Shown here in pieces: positions 12,363-23,906 of a stretch of 37,007 nt of DNA. Each line of letters starts with the position of its first letter. Within the stretch, counting starts at the first letter, position 1. The position numbers and the translations under genes are program-made. This stretch comes from Chiloscyllium plagiosum (taxonomy: Eukaryota). Where the stretch lies: contig NC_057758.1 of NCBI RefSeq assembly GCF_004010195.1, positions 5,535,128-5,572,134 of the forward strand, in the 5' to 3' direction. The notes under the pieces are model-generated. The model saw nothing but the letters and a program-made list of their open reading frames with translations, was not told the DNA's origin and made no database searches.

Positions 12363-13149
12363 CTACAGATTGAAAACATTCTCTATCTGTATTCATTCCA
12401 TCAGCTGTATGTTCTTGTTGTTACTGCATGGGCCTCCAGTCTCACAAGCAACGTGCACGTTACTCCATTATTCTTAATACTTAACACACAATCCAGCAGG
12501 TCAGTTGTATTGTTCACTATGAATGCAAACGTTTCCAACGGGTTCAATTCCCACAATCTCTGTAATGCCATGCAGCAGGTACACCAATCTGTGATTTTTG
12601 ACGCATGTATTTCTGGGCTCGTATCAATTTATGTTTCCAACCTTGATCTTTGTCTTTCTAGCTACCAGCAGTCTTAGACTAGTTCATTCCTTTCTTTTTA
12701 TGAAACTTACTTTGTCGGAATCTCGTTTTCCTAGCTTGCCCACAGTCGCTCAAATGTCTCTATGTACGTATTTCATGTGTTTTCTCCCTCAGAATATTTT
12801 GAGTATGTAGCCCAGTCCATAACATTAGTTTTTGTTTTAACTAAGTTTATCGTGGATATTCCTGCAATGAATTATTTGATTCGGCTGTCAAGTTCTAAAC
12901 AAACAAAATTCATTTGCAAATTTACCGAATTAAACACAAGGAACAGAAAATAACCTATCCACAACAAATCCAACTTAAAGATGCTGTGCCGAAAATTCTT
13001 GCAACAGGCCCAAAGAAACATACCCCTCAGCAAAAAATGACATGACACAAAATGGCTTACTGGTTACAATGTCCGAAGGATGGAAGGAAAGAGAGAAAGT
13101 TTCCAGTTTCAATCGTGACTTTTACTTTTATTTTGTTGTCTGTGCCGTT

Positions 13150-14410
13150 ACAGGTTTAACTGACACATATGTAGAAGGTTGCTGCCACAATAGTTAATTC
13201 GAATATGCCACAACTGGAAACCATGGATGAACCGGGAACCCCAATGTGTACCAAAGTTCAGGTGATTGGTGTTCATATCAGATGATCCTGACGATTCCAG
13301 GAACGCCAGATACGACCTCTGTAAAGACAGACGTCATAATGCAAAACCAGTCTAAGCGAAAGGCCCAAATTAATCACACGGACATGCAATTATGGGAAGG
13401 CTGAAGTGGCATAATGGGCTACAAAGCGAAACAGAGCAAAATTGTGCTCAAATTCCATCCCTTTTTGAGGCTCTGAACGCATTTTACTCGCGTTTTGAGC
13501 TATTCAGGGGAGTTATGTCACCTGCCCCTGCAATCTCAGGTATACTTGCTCCTTTGGTCACCACTCCAGAGGCCAAATTTGCGTTTTTAAGAGTGAAACT
13601 ACTTAAATCGACTGGCCCAGATTGTGTCCCGGGCCGTGCACTGAGATCCTGTGCGTACTAACTGGTGGGAGAAATCGCTGACACCTTTAAACTGTCCTTA
13701 CCATGATCTGAAATTCCTACTTGGTTCAAGGAGACCATCAGCATCCCCGTGCGAAACGAAGCTCATGCAACATATCTCAATCAATACTACTGGGTGGCTC
13801 TGATCTCCATAATGATGAAGTGCTTCAAAAGGTTAGTTATGGCTCAGTCAACTCTATTCTCCCAGCGTGTCTTGATGCCATGAAATTTAACGACTTTCAG
13901 AACTGGTCTGCAGCGAACACGGTCACTCTGTCCCCATACTGATCCTTCAAAAATCTGGATAAGTAGGAGACAAACCTCTGTCTCCTTATTATTGACTACA
14001 GCTCCACCTTCAACACCAGAACTCCAACCAAACTAATCTCCAACCTGAGAGACGTCGGTCTCTGACATTCCTTTGGCAACTGGACGCTCGACTTCCTAGG
14101 CCCAAGATCACAATGAGTGAAAATAGGCAACAAGACCTTATCGATAATCCTGAACACCACCACCCTGAAAGGCTGAGTCCTCAGACCTTTACTATATTTT
14201 TTGTGTACTGATGACTGCGTGATTAAACCAGGTCCAAAATCCACCTACAAGTTTCCTGACGCCACCATCATTGTGAATCGAATCACAAACAATGACGAGA
14301 CGGAATACAGGACAGAGATAGACTCCTTGGAGATGTGCCTGCATTGCAAACAAAAAAAAAAGTTTCACTCTACCTAGGTGCATGTGACAGTGATAGATAA
14401 AATAAAACAA
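13150..14410 (+). mobile_element. Decayed Rex1/Babar LINE (partial RT)
   Basis: Translated remnants LNAFYSRFE, KSTGPDCVPGRALRSCA, VALISIMMKCFKRLV, IDYSSTFNT and KFPDATIIVNRITNNDETEYR, followed by an aataaa-rich tail. Confidence 0.85.
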
Positions 14411-14439
14411 CATCAAACAAAATAAAAATAATAAAGTGA

Positions 14440-14710
14440 TCCGTCAATCTAAAGCGCCCCAGCCTATTCATCCACTCCATGTAACACAAATCCTCCCGCC
14501 CCAGTAACATTCTGAGAAACCTTTACTGCAGGCCATCATGTGTCGTAACATCATTCCCAGAGAAGGGCAAGCAGAATTGGGTGTAGTATTCTAAAAGTCG
14601 CCACACCAATGTCCAATACAGCAACAATATGACGCCCCAACGTCTGTACTCAATGGTCTGACCAAGGAAGGCAAGTGTAGCAAACGACGTCTTCTCCACC
14701 CTGTCCACCC
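14440..14710 (-). mobile_element. CR1 3' fragment
   Basis: ORF 14523-14708 'LYWTLVWRLLEYYTQFCLP' is a degenerate LYKTLVRPHLEYCVQFWSP. Confidence 0.8.
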
Positions 14711-15179
14711 CACATTCTCTTCATCAATCTGATCTGATGATTTAAGTGATTTCTCCACCTTCAGATCTTTGAGGTTTCACAGCTGATTCACCTTAATGAT
14801 ATCCGATATGCTTACTATCTGATTATCTTGAAGTTGTGGAATTTTGCTGGGGTGTCTTCCATTATGAAAATGGATGAAATTTTCTATTCGGTTTCTCCAC
14901 TGTACATGTATCTCATCATTCCCTCAACAACTTTGATTTTCCAGCAGTCCAATACCCAATCTTGCCTCTCTCGTACATTCTTCTACAAGTAAAAACCTTC
15001 ACAATCATTTTTTAAATATTGTTAGCTTGCATACATTCATACTTCATGATTTTCCCACTTATTAAGTACATTTTTGGGATTTTTGACATTGTTTAAGATG
15101 ATTGAAATGTTCCAAGGGTCGGTATTTTTGAGCCACGATAGTTGATTCCGAACGTAAATGCACACGAGTGAAGTCAAAG

Positions 15180-15390
15180 AGAGCAGAGTTACCTCGCTGA
15201 AATACGTGGATAACGAAAAAGATTTATGGTGCAGTTGACGATTGTTCCGTGGTCATTATTAATGAAATGAGCTTTACATTCCAGATTTATTAATTGAATT
15301 TATGTCTTATCTTCAACATGAGGTGATGACAGGATGTTTCTTTCTATCTCCTAAATTATTCGATTTGATCAATTGCCTCTCACCAAAAGC
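15180..15390 (-). mobile_element. Degenerate SINE related to 2010-2285
   Basis: Reverse strand reads 'aattcaattaataaatctggaatgtaaagctc...aatgaccacggaac'. Confidence 0.4.
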
Positions 15391-16408
15391 CTTAGCCCTC
15401 ATTACCAGATTTGTCAGAGGAAGTAGAAACCATCGGTCCCTATTAAGACCACATAATGAATACTGATTAGGGGCTAATCAGAGTACATTATTCTATCCCT
15501 AAAATACATCTCTGTTACTCTACCTACAGTTACATGAGCTGCTGTGTTTATCCTCCCTTCTCTGTGTTCCTTTCATCAATCATAGCATCATGGTTTATTC
15601 ACGACCATGAACACTTGTATCTTTAAGTAATAACTAAAATATCGTTAGAAAACATTTCTATACTTTTGCCTTGACAAAGGTGCGTAATGTCACAAACAAA
15701 TTAATCAAATTAGCCATACTAACTTTTAAATGCACTTAGTATGATCATACAACATACAGTATAACCACAGGAGGTCATTCAGTCTCTCGAATGTGTTGTA
15801 TACGAACAACAGGGGCCCATTTCGACTCTCAAACATGTGATAGGCCACAGGAGGAGACCATTCAGATTTTCGAATCTGTTCAACAGGCACAGAACGACGT
15901 CATCAGCCTCTCGAGTCTGTCCAGTCAGGTCAGGAATAGGTCATTCAGAACCTTTAGAAACATTGTGACGTCATTCCACATCTCGTGTCTTTTATTGAAA
16001 TACAGTGACGATAATTTACCCGCTGGAGACATGTTGCTGCTGAGGGCGCGATTTCATTTACTATATGGAGCCTGTAACACCCTAGAGAAGGATGCCATTT
16101 ACCCTTTGGAGCCTGTCACACAATCTGGTCAGTCACCTTTTGAGTCTGCTGAAGGAGGCAGACATCTCTCCAGACTGTCACTCAGGAAGAGGAAGCATTC
16201 ATTCGACGTCTCAACCCTGTTACATGCGAACAGGAGGAGGGCATTCAGCTTGCCGAGTCTGGTCCACAGGAAAATGTGGAGTTCAATTAACCTCTTGAAC
16301 CTGTTACCCAGGGAATTGTAGAAATAAATTCAGCCTGTCGAACCTGTTCAGTGAATTATGGGTAGCTCATTCAATTCTGTCCCGGTTGCAAATGAGCTGG
16401 AGGAGATC

Positions 16409-16908
16409 NNNNNNNNNNNNNNNNNNNNNNNNNNNNNNNNNNNNNNNNNNNNNNNNNNNNNNNNNNNNNNNNNNNNNNNNNNNNNNNNNNNNNNNNNNNN
16501 NNNNNNNNNNNNNNNNNNNNNNNNNNNNNNNNNNNNNNNNNNNNNNNNNNNNNNNNNNNNNNNNNNNNNNNNNNNNNNNNNNNNNNNNNNNNNNNNNNNN
16601 NNNNNNNNNNNNNNNNNNNNNNNNNNNNNNNNNNNNNNNNNNNNNNNNNNNNNNNNNNNNNNNNNNNNNNNNNNNNNNNNNNNNNNNNNNNNNNNNNNNN
16701 NNNNNNNNNNNNNNNNNNNNNNNNNNNNNNNNNNNNNNNNNNNNNNNNNNNNNNNNNNNNNNNNNNNNNNNNNNNNNNNNNNNNNNNNNNNNNNNNNNNN
16801 NNNNNNNNNNNNNNNNNNNNNNNNNNNNNNNNNNNNNNNNNNNNNNNNNNNNNNNNNNNNNNNNNNNNNNNNNNNNNNNNNNNNNNNNNNNNNNNNNNNN
16901 NNNNNNNN
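16409..16908. other. Assembly gap (500 N)
   Basis: Run of n. Confidence 1.
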
Positions 16909-16929
16909 TTGTTGAATCATGGATATATC

Positions 16930-17050
16930 AGGGAGGATATTTGAGCTGAAGGCAATGGAGATATGGAGAAACTGCTTCAGCCAGAGAGTACTGAGTCAAT
17001 GGAATTCATTGCCACCGAAGATATTGGAGGCCAGGTCACTGAGTATTGAT
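16930..17050 (+). mobile_element. CR1 3' end fragment
   Basis: Translates as 'RNCFSQRVLSQWNSLP', the CR1 ORF2 C-terminal motif FFSQRVVxxWNxLP. Confidence 0.7.
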
Positions 17051-17070
17051 ATGAAGTTGACGGTGGGAAC

Positions 17071-17787
17071 TGTGACTTTTAGAAAGTGGACGGTGTTTTG
17101 TACTGAGAGCTTACAAGCACCTGTCATGTAATTAACTAACAGTCCCATTTTGTACCGGAAAATTGAAAATATGTAACATTTGGCTATGAAATAAACACTT
17201 GAGTTGGTTGCTATTTTGACAACAGTACACATTTAACCGTTCACGTTAAATTATGCACCCGGATAGTAAAACTCAATCGAGTTTGCATGTATTGTTTTGC
17301 CGGCATTGAAGCAATGAGAGATCCAGTTTTGGGGGATGAAAAAGACAAGCAATTTGAAGGTTAGGCAGAGCAATTGCCATATGGAATACTCGTTAACAAA
17401 GGTACCTTTCCATATGAAACATATTCACAGGAAAAGAGAGAAGACGACCCATGGAGAACTTCGTGCCAAAGAAAGAAAGACAACAAAGACCACACTCTGT
17501 ATGGCTCTGTAAAAGATTGCTGTTAGTTTTTGTCAGTGTTTTACTGGAACAGTATATTTTTATAGGTTTGGAAGCAAACAACTACCATGTGAGAGTTGAT
17601 GGGTGTGATTAGAGTTGTGCATAGTTGTTGTGTTCCTGTTTCCGTTTCGAGTAAAATAATACATTCTTTTTTTAATGGTGGAATTTGGGAGTTGTATGTC
17701 ACTCAAATTTTAACAGATTGCATGGGGAAGTGATTACTTCTGGGCGAATTGTTTATTTAACAAACGTGTTCCCCACCATGTCATAAA
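17071..17787 (+). repeat. 5' LTR (start approximate)
   Basis: Aligns by eye with 22519-22577 plus 26835-27345. Ends '...tgtcataa' just before the PBS-like motif. Confidence 0.75.
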
Positions 17788-17989
17788 AATTTGGGGCCAT
17801 GGGCAGGTATTGACAGATATAGCTTGAGGTTTGGACAGATCTGAAGATATTGGGAAACGAATACTCCCAGCAGATTTCAACAATTGTCGATTAGTGTTCT
17901 AGATATTTAAATAAAACGTAGGTGAATTATTTGCTAATTTCGGTGACTTGAGCTTGGTTAAGTGAAAAGTTAGCGGAATGGGTCCTAAG

Positions 17990-20292
17990 ATCAACGAGTT
18001 TTGAGAAGATTTCTAGCTCAGGTTGAAGTTCCGGATATAGGTTTGCTCGCTGAGCTGGACAGGTTCAGGTTCAGACGTTTCGTCACCCTCAACCTGAGCT
18101 ACAAATCTTCTTAAACTTCGCTGTCATCTGTGGGCGCACTATGCTAAAACTGTACCGAAAATGGGAAACGAAAACCATCTGGCAGAGTGCCACCTGCGAA
18201 CAGTTGTTATTGCTGCACGAATGCCTATGATAACAGGCACTGCCTAAACGTCTTAAATGCAGACATCCCCATAACATCCCTCGACCTGAAAGAATAGCAG
18301 AGCAAAGATACTGCAGAATGCTTAGATAAAGGAGTAATGATGCCCACAACAGAATCCAGAAATACAACGGCGAAATGTTGCACCAAAACCATTACTCACT
18401 CGTACAACAGACCATGAATGGACAGACACAGAGCAAAAAGTCACAGTTATTAGATAGCGACAAACACCGAAAATGACAAAAAAGACCTGCAAAATAAAAC
18501 TGGACAAACGTTCACGAAATGAACAACACTGACAACATAGAAGCATGGATAAATAAATTCTTAACCACTGAAAAGGCCATCTTAATGTGAGAATTAAATT
18601 ACAACTTCCAGGATTCGGATAAGAAAGATTCATTTGCAACATTAGAAACAACACTGAAAGGCAACCAACTCACAGAAGAAACCCAGCAAATTATCAGATA
18701 GGTAGTCGGACCAACATTAAGTGGGGGGAAAAAGCAAGGTAACACACTCAATACATAAAAAAGAAAGAACTAGCTAGACTAAACAAGGTAAAAACATTAT
18801 TATTCAAATGTGCGATTTTATCCGATGTGCACCCTACCTGCAGATATCAACACTAACCAACAAGTGTCGATAGACCCGACCCCACAATTAGCGAACAGAT
18901 TAACATCCCTACTCAAAAAAGCTTCAGAAATCTGGAGATATAAATATGACCGACTTAAAAAAAATGAAACCAAAGGATCCAGCACGACATGCTTCTATAG
19001 ATTACCCAAAATGCACAAACCAGGAACCCCCATCAGACCTGGAACACAATTTACAGATTGGCCAAGGAGCTACAACAAAGACTAAAAGACTTAGTAGAAG
19101 ACTCACACCACTCCATCCACTCCACCCAAGAATTCTTGAAGACAGCCAAAGACAAGAACATGGAAGAGAATGAAATAATGGTCTGCTTTGATGTCATTGC
19201 CCTGTTCACATCACTCAACATCAACCTGGCCAAGGAACCGCTGCCTGAACCATGAGAAGACCCAAGACACATACACGAAACGCCACCAACTTCATCAGCA
19301 AGGACAGTATCGGTAAGCGAGTGGACCTATGCCTAACCACCGACCTCACCTTCAACAACAGAAACTTCAGACAAACCAACGGAACACCATGGGACATCCG
19401 ACATCAGGGTTCTGAGCATGGACAGTGATGCAGAGAGTCGAACAGATTGCTCTTCCTACCATCCAACTCAAGCTTAGGGTCCGCCAGTGGATGACACCTT
19501 TGCCATCACGAAACGAAACAAATTAGAGGAAACCTTCAAGATAATCAATGTTACTCTTACTGGCATATAATGCACTATTGACGAGGAAAACAACACCAAA
19601 CTACCTTTCCAAGATGTGCTAACAGAGTGAAAAGCCAATGGGGAACTTCAAACCACATCGACAGGAAAACAACACATTTGGAACAAATATTGAACACAGA
19701 AGCAATCACGTCAACATCCATAAAAGAAGCTGCATTAGAACATCATTCGACCGAGCCACCACACCCTGCAGCACAGAGCAACTCCGCAGAGCAGAGGGAA
19801 ATTACCTATACAGTGTATTCAAAAAGAAGAGGTACCCAATGAACACAATCCGCAGATCTCTTAGCAACAAACCCGAAGAATCAGACAAAACAAGTCCGAA
19901 AACTCTAGCCACTACTTAAACCCTAGCTACTGAGACCCCTTGGAATCATGGAATCCCACAGACCCACCAACATTCTGAAATAGCAGCTAATGAATTTGAA
20001 AACAGAGACACGCACGAAAATTACGAGAAGCATGGAATTTGAACCGGATCTCTGTCAACAAACGAATTGCTTTGGATCCCATTTACCACTCTGAGAAAAA
20101 GAACAGGAAAGGACATCACAACATGAAATGACATCACCACAGGAAATGACATCACCAACACAAAGGAACACAAACATTTAAATAAAATGCAGAAATCATC
20201 AACATTGTTTTGTCCGGAGGCACACTGAAGATGTTACCTCGTCTGGAGACAAAACACCAAAACATGGGATAGCGAGCAAGCTTACCTCCGAG
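17990..20292 (+). mobile_element. Decayed Penelope-like element inserted in gag; GIY-YIG core apparently deleted
   Basis: RT remnants FYRLPKMHKPGTPIRP, IHSTQEFL, MVCFDVIALFTS, QTNGTP and VDDTF. Inverted pLTR piece at the 5' end and a 3' pLTR 'ctgaagatgttacc' at ~20225. Tandem ~18-bp 'gaaatgacatcaccaca' units at ~20107-20160. Confidence 0.88.
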
Positions 20293-20299
20293 TTTGAAC

Positions 20300-21440
20300 A
20301 TTACCGAAGGGATTCTCAGGTTTGAAGGTGATTTCCAAGTTTACCAAGAAAGTTTACTAAGACAGAAGGCGGCCATATTTATGGAATTCGAAAATAGATT
20401 AGAATTGAGTCTATCCAGGAACAAAATGAAAGCTGAATACGTAATTGAATTAGTCAAACACTTAAGTGCATAAGGGAAACAGGCAAGTGCAGTTGTTTTA
20501 GAAAAGTTTAAGATGTAACTGAGGCAAATGAACTTCGAAGATAAAGAAACAGAGAGATAGGGAGATGGGGAAGGAAATGATCGATAGAAAGAGAGAGAAC
20601 AGCAAGAGAGAATAGAGAGAGAGGAAAAACAAAGAGAGATGGTTCTTCGTCGAGCAAAGAGAGAGAAGGAGGAGAGAGAGTGGGAGAAAGAATTTGCACT
20701 TCAGAAGTTACGAAATTGTCAGGAATGGAGTTGATCAGAGAAGGCAGCAATCTCTATAAATATCTTTAAATTGCCACATTGTGATGAGAATGATGTCAAA
20801 ACCTTCTTTGGTTCGTTTGCAAACGTGACTAGGCATATGAAGTGGTCAGAGAACATGTGGGTGATGATGATTCAGGCTAAGCTGGTTGGTAGAGCTAGTG
20901 AAGTATTTGCAGCTCTTTCAGATGAGGGATCAAGTGTTTATGCAGACGTCAAAAAGGCTACTTTGAGTGATTATGAATTGATACCAGAAACCAATAGGCA
21001 GTGGTTCAGAAACACAAAGGAGGAACCAGGTCTGATTTACATTGAGTTCGAAAGTATTAAACATTTTAGTTTTCACACATAGATGCAGATCTTAAAAATA
21101 GATGACAGTTATGAGGATCTGAGAGAGATGATTCTTTTCGATATTTTTTTAAACATTCAGTTCCAGAGATGATAAGAATTCACGTGGAAGAACTGAAAGT
21201 TCAAGAAATGAGCAGAGAGATGGAGATGACAGATGGAAATGCATTGTTGCATTACGCAAGTGTTAGATTTCGGCAAGAATTGGGAGAAGTGGAGATCCTC
21301 CACTGCAAAACAAACATTAGAACACACTGGTCAGAGTTTACCACAGGAGAAAAAAGAGGACCAAGTCAGTGAGAAGGAGTTGAAAATTTGAGGTGTTTCC
21401 ACTGTAATAATATGGGATATGTAAAGTCATAGTGCTTCTC
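20300..21440 (+). pseudogene. Gmr1-type gag remnant (SCAN-related capsid region + CCHC zinc knuckle)
   Basis: Coiled-coil-like AG-rich stretch, then LPHCDENDVKTFFGSF...LVGRASEVFAALS...YELIPETNRQWFRN, then 'RCFHCNNMGYVKS*C' at ~21391. Confidence 0.82.
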
Positions 21441-21599
21441 ATAAAAGACATTATCTTTGGGAAACGATTTGGCGAAGAGGCCTTTCCAGTGACATTAGTG
21501 AAAATAGTGAAGAAAATCCCAAGAGACATCGAGGAGCTGCAGGAGATTGCACAGCGTAGGCAGAGGCATTATTTGAGGTAGTGCCTAATCACCATAAAG

Positions 21600-22188
21600 A
21601 CTGCAACTTCGGGATAAAGTTTATTCAGAAAGAACAGGGATGGAGGGAATGAGATATATTTTTGAGAAATATAGGATCTATTCAGACTCTAATAGTAAGA
21701 GATGAACACGTAACCTGTAACCTGTAACCTGAGAGAGTGGTAATTTGTTGGATAGATGCACAGTAATATAGCGTTCCCCTATGTAAGATCAGGTTGGAAT
21801 GCCAAAAAAAGACTGACGAATTAACAGTGGGAATGAGTGACAGAGTGTCGGTTCCAGCAATGCAATTTCTTGTTGTGAACGATGTATTAGGATCAATGAT
21901 GGGAGTGGCAGTACTTATTGTGGTGAAGTCAAAGAAAGACTAGAGACCTTAGGATTTAAAAGAAAAATAAACTAGAAATCTGCCAGCCTGTCTACGAACC
22001 AAATCCAACAATCATAATTCACTGTAGGAAGTAAAAACTAAACAGAAAGACGACAGGAGTTCAGTGTTAGTTTGCGGACACATTACCTGATATAATGGTG
22101 CAGGAAAAACCCCGAACAGGCAGAGGGTGAGACAGAAGTGTTGAGGCCTTAAAGGCTGTTGGACTTACATCAGAAAAACGGTACAATG

Positions 22189-22228
<40 letters not shown>

Positions 22229-22518
22229 CCATCACAGAAAATGATTCAGATTGTAGTATTGAGGGGTTTCATCTGACAGAGAGAATCTTAAGACGAAAAT
22301 GAAAACCACAGCATGTTAACACAGAGGGGGAATGGGCGGAGATGCACCAGGCTCTGTTGCCAGCAGCATAAATTCAGGAAGTGGTATTGTCGCATGATTT
22401 TTAGAAGCAAGTTATCAAAGAGTGAGGAGGACTCAGTTAAGGTACAAACACATCTTTATTGTCAAGGAATGCACTAGGATGTGATGAAAAATTTGACGTG
22501 CATGTCATACATGCCAAA
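21600..22518 (+). pseudogene. pol remnant: aspartic protease followed directly by the integrase zinc-binding domain
   Basis: 'LRNIGSIQTL' (degenerate LRDTGASQSL) at ~21662. 'LRRK*KPQHVNTEGEWAEMHQALLP...HD...RACHTCQ' at ~22288-22517. No RT motif in between. Confidence 0.75.
22191..22226. repeat. (GT)18 microsatellite
   Basis: Perfect dinucleotide run. Confidence 0.98.
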
Positions 22519-22866
22519 GGTTGTTTTGACAACAACTCGAAATTAACCAGTCAGCATAATGTATGCCCCAGAGTACTTTTGGCAGCAGAGAGCGGCGGGA
22601 GCTGGGCGGAAGTGAAGTCGGAGCGCAAAGCCGGTCGGGAAGGTAAGTGATTGTGATTTGAGTCGATGTGTTCGAGACCCCAGGTCCTACAATGTAGGGC
22701 ATCCCTCCCACCCTCCTCCTCGAAATTAAATTAAAAGTCCATAGACTTACCCCAGGAAGAGGGTCCAAGGACGTTCCTGTGGATTGAAGAGTGAGACTTT
22801 AGCTCAGGAGTCTTTGACAAGGAGGTTGAGTGAAGTGATTACGCCACAGTTGAAGAGGGTTAAGAC

Positions 22867-23778
22867 ATGACTGCTAAGCTGGTTCAGTGTGCTACGTGCT
22901 TGATGTGGGAGGTCAACGACTCTTGTGTGTCTGGCTCGTATATCTGTGGAAAGTATGTGCACGTTCAGCTGCTGACAGAGCATATTGCAGCATTGATGCA
23001 AGAACTCGAGGACCTGAGGCTCATCCGAGAGAACGAGATCTTTCTGGACAAGACCTTTAGCGAGATAATTACACCGACCATACCAGAAGAGAGCAGAAGA
23101 GAGCAGACGTTGAGGAAGGAGAGAGGAGACAGGTGCAAGAGACCCCGGCGGAATGTACCTGTCAGGAACAAGTTGAATCTTTTGGAAACAGTAGAGACAG
23201 ATGATACTGCCTGTCCGCGAGGCGGCCAGGTCTGTCAATCAAAAGCTGGCGTGCAGGCAGAGTGGAAGAGTCGGACATCGCACAGAGCCATGGTAGTATG
23301 GGAGGGGACTCCATCGTGAGAGGAAGTGACCGGAGTTTTTGTGGCAGCAGGCGAGACTTAAGGATGGGGTGTTGCTTTCCTGGTGCCAGATTTAAAGACA
23401 TCAGAGACAGAGTGCAGGAAATCCTCAAGGCGAAGGTAAAGAGTCAGAGGTCGTGGTACATGTTGGCACAGATGATGTTGGGAAGAAGAGGAGGAACGTA
23501 CTACAGCGGGACTTCGGAGAACTAGGAATAAGTTTGAAAAGCAGGACATCCAGGGTCATTATATCCGGTTTGCTGGTGAGGCCAGAAACAGGGAGATAAT
23601 GGACTTTAACATGTGGCTGGGGAACTGGTGCAGGAAGCAAATATTTAAATTCTTGGATCACTGGGGTATGTTTTGAGGTAAGCATAAATTATTCAAGAGA
23701 GACGGTTTGCAAATTAATAGGTTAGACCAGCATTCTGGCAGGCAGGTTTGCTACTGCAACACAGGTACGTTTAACTAA
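22867..23778 (+). pseudogene. CR1 ORF1p remnant (zinc finger + SGNH esterase)
   Basis: ORFs 22867-23319 and 23262-23525 plus downstream frameshifted pieces. Confidence 0.85.
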
Positions 23779-23906
23779 GTAGGGGGGGGGAGGAGACAAA
23801 CTGGTTGTTTGAGAAGAAAATTGAATGGAAAGTTAGAACAAGGGAAGTCAAGAAAGACAACTGTATCACTGAAGCAGAAAACTAAAAAAGGGATCATGCT
23901 GTATGT

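Noticed and set aside
12710..12861. Strong minus-strand donor with an upstream acceptor
   Set aside because: Stops in all three frames, so not called a coding exon.
15791..16321. 176-aa plus-strand ORF
   Set aside because: No recognisable domain, and its ends overlap degenerate CR1-tail-like sequence. Probably a chance ORF.
16348..16949. Long ORFs in three frames
   Set aside because: Artefacts of the N gap.
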